Source: an uncultured Gemmatimonadaceae bacterium (lineage in GTDB: Bacteria > Gemmatimonadota > Gemmatimonadetes > Gemmatimonadales > Gemmatimonadaceae). Taken from it: a stretch of 64,000 nt of DNA. The notes beneath the pieces are model-generated. The model was given only the letters and a program-made list of their open reading frames with translations, did no database searches and was not told the origin of the DNA. Position 1 is the first letter of the stretch. The number at the start of each line of letters is the position of its first letter. A program made the translations under genes and the position numbers. The DNA is taken from NCBI GenBank assembly GCA_963761305.1, contig CAVXGK010000002.1:992001-1056000 (forward strand). The letters run 5' to 3'. This document shows, one piece after another, positions 30,048-37,852 of the stretch.

Positions 30048-30173
30048 CTATTTGTGGTAGAAGCGCTCGCGCACCACCCCCCCGTTCTTCCACCGGCGCA
30101 CCGCGACTGCCTCGCGCGACTTGCGTTCGATGATCAACGCATTCAGGCGCGTATCCAGTTCGAGTGTGTTCAT
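30048..30173 (-). pseudogene. 41-aa internally deleted SnoaL/NTF2-like gene remnant
   Basis: MNTLELDTRLNALIIERKSREA joined directly to VAVRRWKNGGVVRERFYHK, resembling the first helix and last strands of SnoaL-like proteins. Confidence 0.55.
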
Positions 30174-30180
30174 CTCGATC

Positions 30181-32319
30181 TCAGAAAATCAGCGGCCGGG
30201 AGGAGGGATCCGTGAGCTGCCGCACGAAATACGTGTACTCGAACGCCGTGGTGTGCGCCTGCTCGCGCAGGTTGGCCCCGGCGCCGTGGCCGCCCTCGGT
30301 CACCTCGAAGAACATGTAGGGCAGTTTCATCGCCGCCATCTTCGCGGCGAACTTGCGCGCGTGCTGCGGGCCCACGCGATCGTCCTTGGTCGTCGTCCAG
30401 ATGAGCGGCTCGGGATACTTCACGCCGGGTTTCAAGTTCTGATACGGGGAGATCGACGCGAGAAACGCGCGTTCCGCTGGCACCGACACGCTGCCGTACT
30501 CGCCGACCCACGACGCGCCGGCATCGATCTGTTCGTACCGGAGCATGTCGAGCAACGGGACCTCGATGTCCACCGCGCCCCAGAGCTCCGGATGCTGTGT
30601 CATCTCCACGCCCATCAACAATCCCCCGTTCGATCCACCGCGAATGCCAAGCCGCCGAGGACTCGTGATCTTGCGCGTGATGAGATCCTGCGCGACGGCC
30701 GCGAAGTCGTCGTAGATCACCTGGCGGTGCGTCTTGAGGCCGGCCTCGTGCCAGGCCGGTCCGAACTCGCCGCCGCCGCGGATGTTCGCCAGCACGAACA
30801 CGCCGCCGTGCTCCAGCCAGAGCTTTCCGAGCGACCCCGAGTAGAACGGCGTCGACGAGACCTCGAATCCACCGTACGCGTTCAGGATCGTCGCGTTGGA
30901 GCCGTCGAGCTTGATCGACTTCGGACGAATGACGAAATACGGCACCTTCGTCCCGTCCTTCGAGGTCGCCTCGAGTTGCTCGACCGTGTCGCGCGCCGCG
31001 TCGAATTGCGCGCGCAGCGACTTGGCGACGTCGATCGACCCGGCGTGCGCGTCGGCCAGCCACACGCTGCTCGGCGTGAGAAATCCGGCGACGTTCACGA
31101 ACGCGTCGTTCCCGTGCACGTCGGCGTCGGTGACCGTCGTCGCGAGATTGTCCGGCAGCGGCAGGCGGGTCCGCGTCCAGGCGCCGTTTGCGCCGCGCGC
31201 GAAGACGTACGTACGGCCGCGCACGTTCTCGTAGATGCTGGCGACGAGCCGATCGCGCGTCGCCGCCGCGTTCTCGACCGACTCGCGCGGGCCGGGTTCG
31301 AACACGGCCACCGGCGCGAGATGCGATGGATCCGTCGCCGCCTTCGCCAGATCGAACGACGCGAGCGAACCGGTGCGAATGTGCGTCGTGCCTTCGCTCC
31401 ACGCCTCGGAGAGCTTCACGATCACCTGTCCGTCGACCATCGCGATCGGGCCGGACTTGAGCGGTATCGCGAGCCGGCGCACGCCCGAGGATCCGACCAT
31501 GAAATACTGCGTCTCGAAGAAGCTGGTGGATTGACCGATCAAGACGGCGCGATGTCCGGTCCCGTCGTCGAGCGTGAACGGCGACGTCGAGACGTCCTTG
31601 GCGGTGCCGCGGTACACCTCGACGGCCTTCGCCAGCGGCTGGCCGCGCACGACGCGCTTCACGATGTACGGATATCCCGACGCGGTGAGCTCGCCCTTGT
31701 TCCATTCGCGTGACACCAGCAACGTGTCCTCGCCGACCCAGGCCACGTTCTGCTTGCCATGCGGCAGCGTGAATCCGTCCTTCGGAAACGCGCGCGTGCC
31801 GAGGTCGAATTCGCGGACGGTCGACGCGTCTTCACCGCCGTCCGACAGGGTAAGCAAGCAGCGACGCTCAGCCGGCAGCGCGCAGTCGGCGCCTTGCCAC
31901 ACCCAATTCGCTTTCTCGGCTTTGGCGAGCGAGTCGAGGTCGAGCACCGTCGTCCACTGCGGCGACGCGGTGCGATAGCTCGACAGCGTGGTGCGCCGCC
32001 AGATGCCGCGCACGTGCGCGCTGTCCTGCCAGAAGTTGTAGATCTGTCCGCCGAGGAAGCGGCCATATGGAATGCGGTCGCTCGCCTGGGCAACGGCGAG
32101 CGCGTCGCGGTAGAGCGAGGCGTAGTGTGGATCCTTCTCGATCACCGCCGTCGTCTTGGCATTCTCCGCGTTGACCCAAGCCATCGCCCGAGCACCGCGC
32201 TGATCCTCGAGCCAGATGTACGGATCGGCGGCCGATGCGGCGGAGCCCGACTGCGTTTGCGCCGCGACTCGAGCGGCAGCGAACAGGACCAGCAGGAGCG
32301 AAAGCGAACGGGGCGTCAT
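30181..32319 (-). CDS. Prolyl oligopeptidase (S9A), secreted
   Basis: DPYIWLED, AYGGF, ANIRGGGEFG, GGSNGG nucleophile, DDRV, GGHG. Confidence 0.93.
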   Translation of the reverse strand: MTPRSLSLLLVLFAAARVAAQTQSGSAASAADPYIWLEDQRGARAMAWVNAENAKTTAVIEKDPHYASLYRDALAVAQASDRIPYGRFLGGQIYNFWQDSAHVRGIWRRTTLSSYRTASPQWTTVLDLDSLAKAEKANWVWQGADCALPAERRCLLTLSDGGEDASTVREFDLGTRAFPKDGFTLPHGKQNVAWVGEDTLLVSREWNKGELTASGYPYIVKRVVRGQPLAKAVEVYRGTAKDVSTSPFTLDDGTGHRAVLIGQSTSFFETQYFMVGSSGVRRLAIPLKSGPIAMVDGQVIVKLSEAWSEGTTHIRTGSLASFDLAKAATDPSHLAPVAVFEPGPRESVENAAATRDRLVASIYENVRGRTYVFARGANGAWTRTRLPLPDNLATTVTDADVHGNDAFVNVAGFLTPSSVWLADAHAGSIDVAKSLRAQFDAARDTVEQLEATSKDGTKVPYFVIRPKSIKLDGSNATILNAYGGFEVSSTPFYSGSLGKLWLEHGGVFVLANIRGGGEFGPAWHEAGLKTHRQVIYDDFAAVAQDLITRKITSPRRLGIRGGSNGGLLMGVEMTQHPELWGAVDIEVPLLDMLRYEQIDAGASWVGEYGSVSVPAERAFLASISPYQNLKPGVKYPEPLIWTTTKDDRVGPQHARKFAAKMAAMKLPYMFFEVTEGGHGAGANLREQAHTTAFEYTYFVRQLTDPSSRPLIF

Positions 32320-32392
32320 CGAGCGGCTCCGGGTGCGGCGAGAGGGAAAGAGTACTCTGCTCGCCGCGACGGAGGAGCGCAAGCGTAGCCGG

Positions 32393-32941
32393 TCAATCCT
32401 TCCAAAACCACATCATCAGAGTTCCCGCGGTGCTCAGTCCGATCGAGCTGAGCGCTATCGCGCGATGACGGTCGGCGTCGGCGCGCGATCGGCCGGCGCT
32501 GTTGGCGGCGATACCCGTCCCTACGAACCCGGCGCCGGAGCCGAGCATCAGTGCGGCGTGGAGAATGCGCCGTGTTCGCCCGGCGGGATCGTGTCTCGAG
32601 TCCCAGAGATTCCAGGCGCCGGTCACCGTGTTGACGGTAAACAGCACGCCGATCGCGCCGGCGACGAACTGGTGCGTGTCGAGCATCCACGTCGACCGCT
32701 CGCGGTCTTGCAGCAGATTCTGACCCAGCGACCACTCGGCCGCGAAGAGCGGAAGCATCGTGTAGCTGCCGATGCGATGGATCGTGAGGCGCCGGTTGTA
32801 CCAGTCGCTGTACTGGATGGCGTGGGCCGAGTTTGGGATGGCGGAATCGTCCGCAAGCGGCGAACCGACGAACCACGTGAACAGCGCCAAGAGCGAGGAG
32901 ACTCGACGAGACTCGAGAAATTCGCCCTTGACGTCGTTCAC
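32393..32941 (-). CDS. Four-helix membrane protein with a His in each helix (cytochrome b-like)
   Basis: IHRIGSY, THQFVA, LHAALM, RHRAIA; start uncertain. Confidence 0.6.
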   Translation of the reverse strand: MNDVKGEFLESRRVSSLLALFTWFVGSPLADDSAIPNSAHAIQYSDWYNRRLTIHRIGSYTMLPLFAAEWSLGQNLLQDRERSTWMLDTHQFVAGAIGVLFTVNTVTGAWNLWDSRHDPAGRTRRILHAALMLGSGAGFVGTGIAANSAGRSRADADRHRAIALSSIGLSTAGTLMMWFWKD

Positions 32942-32951
32942 GCGTTCCCGC

Positions 32952-34163
32952 TCAGCGCATGTTGCCGGTGTGCCCCAGCGAGTATCGCCCGGGCTGTGGC
33001 CAGACGCAGAGTCCGTGTGGCTCGTTGCCGACCGGAATGCGATGCGTGAGCTTGCCGGTCGCCGTGTCGAACACGTACACCTCTCTGTCGTAGCGGCCGC
33101 TCACCCACAGTTCCTTGCCGTCGGCGGTCACGTTGCCCATGTCCGGGCTGCCACCGCCGAGGATCGTCCAGGTCGCGACCACCTTGCGTGCGATCGGATC
33201 GACGACGCTCACCGACCCTTCGCCGTGCGGACGCGCGACCAGCGTGTTCCATCCGCGATTCGTCACGTAGAAGAAGCGACCGTCGCGGCTCGGATAGATG
33301 CCATGCGTTCCCTTCCCCGTGTGAACGAACCCGACCTGGGTGAAACTCGTCGGATCGATGAATCGCACGCCGTCGGCTTTCATGTCGGCCACGAGAAACA
33401 CGCTGCCGTCGGGCGACGAGCGAATGTCCTGCGGCATCGCGCCGCCGTCGCCCGACGTGTCGTCGAGCGTGAGATAGGCGATCGGCGTCTTCTCCGAGAG
33501 ATCGAGCTTGAGCAGGCGGCCGTCGAACTCGCACGTCGCGATCGCGTAGCGGCCGTCGTCGGTGAACTCCATGTGATCGATGCCGACGCACTGCGTCTGG
33601 ATCGATCCCACGGGCGCCATCGTCACCGGATCGTGAAGATCCAATCGCTGGCGGCGCTCGGCGACAACGATCGCGAGACGGCCGTCGGGACTGAAGTACA
33701 TGTTATACGGGTCGATCACGCGAACCGGCACGCCTTCCTTGCCGGTGAGTGGATCGATCGGCACGACGGTGCTCGATCCGTTGTTGAGCACCCAGAGTGT
33801 CGTCTCGTCGTACGAGGGTACGACGTGCTGCGGCACGTTTCCCGTCCTGAACGTGCGCACGACCGTATACGTCGCCGGATCGATCACGCTCACCGTTCCG
33901 GACCGCGAGTTCGGCACGTAGACGAGGTGCTTGGCACGCGCGGCGACGGGCGACAGTGCATTGGCGCCCGTGGCTCCATAGATGTTGACCACACCTTTTG
34001 CATCCTCGACTTCACCGGCGGCAGAGAACGTCGTGTAATGGTGCCGCCCGTCCGCGGCGATGAGCGAATCGCGCCGAGTGCTCGAGTCGCGACAGGCGAA
34101 CGCGAGCAGCAACGCCGGACACAGAAACCGCAGACGCGTCCAAGTCGCTCGCATAACTGCCAT
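32952..34163 (-). CDS. YncE/YVTN beta-propeller lipoprotein
   Basis: LLLAFAC lipobox; VYVPNSRSGTVSVIDP, SPDG repeats, IPVGNEPHGL. Confidence 0.82.
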   Translation of the reverse strand: MAVMRATWTRLRFLCPALLLAFACRDSSTRRDSLIAADGRHHYTTFSAAGEVEDAKGVVNIYGATGANALSPVAARAKHLVYVPNSRSGTVSVIDPATYTVVRTFRTGNVPQHVVPSYDETTLWVLNNGSSTVVPIDPLTGKEGVPVRVIDPYNMYFSPDGRLAIVVAERRQRLDLHDPVTMAPVGSIQTQCVGIDHMEFTDDGRYAIATCEFDGRLLKLDLSEKTPIAYLTLDDTSGDGGAMPQDIRSSPDGSVFLVADMKADGVRFIDPTSFTQVGFVHTGKGTHGIYPSRDGRFFYVTNRGWNTLVARPHGEGSVSVVDPIARKVVATWTILGGGSPDMGNVTADGKELWVSGRYDREVYVFDTATGKLTHRIPVGNEPHGLCVWPQPGRYSLGHTGNMR

Positions 34164-34193
34164 GACAAAAGGCAAGAGCGATTCCTTGACTCG

Positions 34194-34211
34194 TCGTGCA
34201 ATGTTGCACGA
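34194..34211. promoter_or_regulatory. Palindromic candidate operator
   Basis: TCGTGCAA-TG-TTGCACGA, 30 nt upstream of the YncE gene start. Confidence 0.5.
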
Positions 34212-34382
34212 TGGGCCGGTTGACATCCGCCCTCGGCGAGACATCGGTCGCGTCTCTTACATCTCCGAAAGGATGCGGGCCGGAGCGTGACGTTTCGTTA
34301 GCCTCACAGGTCGTCGCGATGGCATTGCATCGCGCTGCTCGCGCCCCAACTCGTGACTCGGCTCGCACCCGTCGACAGGACA

Positions 34383-34667
34383 ATGGAAGAAACCTCGGCA
34401 GCGAACATGCTCCGCGAGATCTTCGCGCACGTCAGCCAGCGGTCGAGCTGGGATTTTCTATCAGAGAACGCCGTCGCTCGGCTTGCCGTGCGCGCGTTCG
34501 TCGATGAATCGCGCGCCGCAGGACGGCCGGTCGACGACGTCATCATCGAGGCCGTGGCGCTCACGGGCTCGGCGGTGTCGGGAGTCGCCGACCCGCATCT
34601 CGAGACGATCATTCGGTGGGTGGTCGAGGACTTCTTCGCTCCCGACCCCTCGCAGCGCGACGGGTGA
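34383..34667 (+). CDS. Hypothetical protein
   Basis: agga RBS, 94 aa helical protein, followed by hairpin cggcaaag...ctttgccg. Confidence 0.55.
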   Translation: MEETSAANMLREIFAHVSQRSSWDFLSENAVARLAVRAFVDESRAAGRPVDDVIIEAVALTGSAVSGVADPHLETIIRWVVEDFFAPDPSQRDG

Positions 34668-34772
34668 TGCGCGGAGGCGGCAAAGCCTAGTTCTTTGCCG
34701 GTTACTCGAGTCCAGGAAGCACGCGCAAGGCTGGGGCCATACTTTGCCTCGCGCCAGGTGTAGCTGTCTTGG

Positions 34773-36257
34773 ATGGATCCTCTGCTCACCGTCCCGCTTT
34801 ACCTCCGCAGGAGCGCGAGCGCGCGTATCGTCACACGATACACGCTGGCAATCGTCGCGGCTGGTGTCGGGCTGGGCGTGTCGTTGGCTCTTCACCGATT
34901 CGGGGCGACGACCTCGGCGTCGCTGTTCGTGGCCGTCGTCGTGCTGGTCGCGCGGTTTGGCGGCGCCGGTCCCGCTCTGCTCGCCGGCGGCCTCTCGGTG
35001 TTGGCGCTCGACTACTACTTCATTCCTCCCATCGGGGAAATCGACCTCCAGCAGCCCGAGCAGGGCGTCAACGCGCTGGTATTCGCCCTCGTCGCACTGA
35101 TCGTCGGATCGACGACGGCCCGTCTGCGCGCCGCGGAGCGCAACATGCGCGAGCGAGGGGACCGAATCGCCGAGCTCCAGGAGGCCACGGCGGCGCTGTC
35201 CCGGGCAACGACAGTTGCCGACGTCGGTCGCGTGGCGATGACTCGCGCGTCAGTGCTGTCGCCGTTGCAATACGGGGCGCTGCTCCTTGGCGGCGACGAC
35301 GACGACCTCAAGCCTCTCAGCACGTTCGGCGAGCCGGCGAACAAGCCGGAGACAACCGGTCCCCCAGGGGATGACGAGCTGCGTCTCAGGCTGCGCTATG
35401 GCGATCGGTCGATCGGCGTATTGTCGCTCGAATTCGCGAACTCGTACATGCCCGGCGACGCGGAACGCGGCCTCCTCCAACTGTTCGCTGACGCGACAGC
35501 CAGCGCGCTCGTGCGAGCGCAGAGCTTCGACGTCGAGCGGCAGCTCCGCGAGGCGGCCGAGACGCTCGCCCGAGCGCGCGAGGAAGTGCTCGCTGTCGTC
35601 GCCCACGACCTGCGAAATCCGCTCAGCACCGTCCTCGGCGCCGCCACGTTGCTCGAGGAGGGTGGCCAGGATGCTGCCGAGGCTCGAGAGGTGCTCGGCA
35701 TGATTCGGCGCGCCGTCGATCGCATGAATCGATTGATCGGCGACCTGCTCGACGTGACGCGCCTCGAGGCGGGGCGACTGGTGCTCGATCAAGAGCCCGT
35801 GGCGGTCCGTGAGCTCCTGAACCAAACGGCGGAGTCGTGGAACGGCACGGCGGCCGAGCACGGGCTCTCGCTGGATGTGGGGTCGGCGCCGTCGAGTCTG
35901 GCCGTTTTCGCGGATCGCAGCCGAGTGCTTCAGGTCTTGGACAACCTCGTGGGAAACGCGGTGAAGTTTTCCGAAGCCGGCGGGCGAATCACCGTGCGCG
36001 CGGCCCCGAGCGAAACCTCGCCGGCTGAGGCTCGGTTCATGGTGTCCGACACCGGCCCGGGAATTACGCCCGAGGTGATGAAGGGATTGTTCGAGCGTTT
36101 CTGGCAAGCGAAGGTGACCGATCGTCGAGGCATCGGCCTCGGGCTGGCCATCTGCAAGGGTATCGTCGAAGCGCACGGCGGCCGCATTTGGTGCGAGAGC
36201 CAGGTCGGACGTGGAACGCGATTCACCTTCACGCTGCCCGTCGCGCGGGGCGACTAG
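34773..36257 (+). CDS. Sensor histidine kinase (DUF4118-like TM, short GAF-like, HisKA, HATPase)
   Basis: DYYFIPP, AHDLRNPL, NLVGNAVKF, DTGPGI, GLGLAICKGIVEAHGG. Confidence 0.93.
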   Translation: MDPLLTVPLYLRRSASARIVTRYTLAIVAAGVGLGVSLALHRFGATTSASLFVAVVVLVARFGGAGPALLAGGLSVLALDYYFIPPIGEIDLQQPEQGVNALVFALVALIVGSTTARLRAAERNMRERGDRIAELQEATAALSRATTVADVGRVAMTRASVLSPLQYGALLLGGDDDDLKPLSTFGEPANKPETTGPPGDDELRLRLRYGDRSIGVLSLEFANSYMPGDAERGLLQLFADATASALVRAQSFDVERQLREAAETLARAREEVLAVVAHDLRNPLSTVLGAATLLEEGGQDAAEAREVLGMIRRAVDRMNRLIGDLLDVTRLEAGRLVLDQEPVAVRELLNQTAESWNGTAAEHGLSLDVGSAPSSLAVFADRSRVLQVLDNLVGNAVKFSEAGGRITVRAAPSETSPAEARFMVSDTGPGITPEVMKGLFERFWQAKVTDRRGIGLGLAICKGIVEAHGGRIWCESQVGRGTRFTFTLPVARGD

Positions 36258-36274
36258 CGGCGTCGCGTCGGCGC

Positions 36275-37330
36275 CTATTTTCGACTGGCGACGGTGAAGC
36301 TGTCCACTCGAGCAATCGCATCGGCGAAGGCCCGCGGCGCCTCCTGCGGCACGTTGTGTCCGATTCCATTGAGCGTCACGTGCGCGTACTTGCCGGTGAA
36401 CTTGTCGCGGTACGCGTTGCCGTCGGCGTTCGCGCCGTCGAAATCGCTCCCCATCGTCACGGTCGGCACGGTGATCACCGGATTCGTTTGAAGCTTGTTC
36501 TCTAACTCGTCGTACTTCGTTTCGCCCTGCGCGAGACTGAGCCGCCACCGGTAGTTGTGGATGACGACGGCGACGTGATCCGGATTGTCGAACGCCGCGG
36601 CGGTTCGGTCGTACGTCGCGTCGTCGAAATTCCATTTCGGCGAGCAATTGTGCCAAATCAACTTGTTGAAGTCGCGCCGGTTCTTGTCGTAGCCGGCGAC
36701 GCCGCGATCGGTGGAGAAGTAGTACTGATACCACCATCCCCATTCGGCAGGTGGGGGCAACGGCTGCTTGTTGGCCGCGAGATTCGTGATCAAGTAGCCG
36801 CTGACGGCGACGATGCCACTGCAGCGCTCCGGCCAAAGCGCGGCGATGATCCCGGCCGTGCGTGATCCCCAGTCGAAGCCGCCGATGATCGCTTGCTTGA
36901 TCTGGAGCGCGTCCATCAGCGCGGTCACGTCGAGCGCAACCACCGACTGCTGGCCGTTGCGAACGGTGTCGCTCGAGAGAAAGCGAGTCGATCCGTAGCC
37001 CCGAAGGTACGGAACGATCACGCGGTAGCCTTTCGCCGCGAGAATGGGGGTGACGTCGGCGTAGCTGTGAATGTCGTACGGCCAACCGTGCAGCAGCACG
37101 ACGGCCGGTCCGCCGGCCGGGCCGTCCTCGGCGTACCCGACGTTCAAGAGGCCGGCATCGATCTGCTTGATCGGTCCGAACGGCGTCCGCTCGGATCTGC
37201 GAATCGGCGACGCGCCCCGAAGAGTCGGCTCGACGAACTCTGTACCTCGCGCGCCGAACTTGGCGCCGGCAATGGCCATGGCCGCGGTGCCCAAGAAATC
37301 GCGGCGATCGAGCTTCGTGTCGTCCGACAT
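36275..37330 (-). CDS. Alpha/beta hydrolase (epoxide hydrolase-like) with Tat signal
   Basis: DRRDFLG twin-arginine motif, LLHGWP, LRGYG, GFDWG, IGHNVPQE. Confidence 0.9.
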   Translation of the reverse strand: MSDDTKLDRRDFLGTAAMAIAGAKFGARGTEFVEPTLRGASPIRRSERTPFGPIKQIDAGLLNVGYAEDGPAGGPAVVLLHGWPYDIHSYADVTPILAAKGYRVIVPYLRGYGSTRFLSSDTVRNGQQSVVALDVTALMDALQIKQAIIGGFDWGSRTAGIIAALWPERCSGIVAVSGYLITNLAANKQPLPPPAEWGWWYQYYFSTDRGVAGYDKNRRDFNKLIWHNCSPKWNFDDATYDRTAAAFDNPDHVAVVIHNYRWRLSLAQGETKYDELENKLQTNPVITVPTVTMGSDFDGANADGNAYRDKFTGKYAHVTLNGIGHNVPQEAPRAFADAIARVDSFTVASRK

Positions 37331-37572
37331 CGCGTGGCCTCCAAGCATTGCGTCGAGTTTGCCGAGCACGAGGGGTGCCGGCGCGCGACGTCGCGCTCCG
37401 CACCCGCCCTTCGTGATTCGGGCCAGACCGCGTCGCTCCCCAGTGGCCGGCCGATAAGAAAGAGGAAATTTGCGTTCACGAGCCCGGCTCGCCGGCGCTG
37501 CGACACCTCGAATGGCTGGCTGAAGCGTGTGCTTCGATGCAGCTTTGGGTCGACGCCGGTCGAGGGGGTTTA

Positions 37573-37836
37573 ATGGAAGGGTTTGGGATCGAAAAACTGT
37601 CGCTCGTATTGGTGATCGTGTTGGTGCTCTTCGGAGCGCGACGGATTCCCGAGATCGGAGCGTCGATCGGCAAGGGGATTCGCGAATTCAAGCGCGGGAT
37701 GAACGGCGCCGCCGGAGACGCCGATCGCGAGCATCTCGACGCGCAACCCAACGAGGCTGCGCCGACCTCGGCGTCGGAGCTCGCCGAGCCGGCGTCGGAG
37801 CCGAAGCGCCTGATCGAGGGTTCGCCGAACCGCTGA
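37573..37836 (+). CDS. tatA: Twin-arginine translocase TatA/TatE subunit
   Basis: TM helix, LFGARRIPEIGASIGKGIREFK. Confidence 0.9.
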   Translation: MEGFGIEKLSLVLVIVLVLFGARRIPEIGASIGKGIREFKRGMNGAAGDADREHLDAQPNEAAPTSASELAEPASEPKRLIEGSPNR

Positions 37837-37852
37837 TCCGATCGCGCCGCGC

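Noticed and set aside
22707..30180. Mobile element carrying the cyclase locus
   Set aside because: No integrase, transposase, tRNA or flanking direct repeats found; only indirect boundary scars
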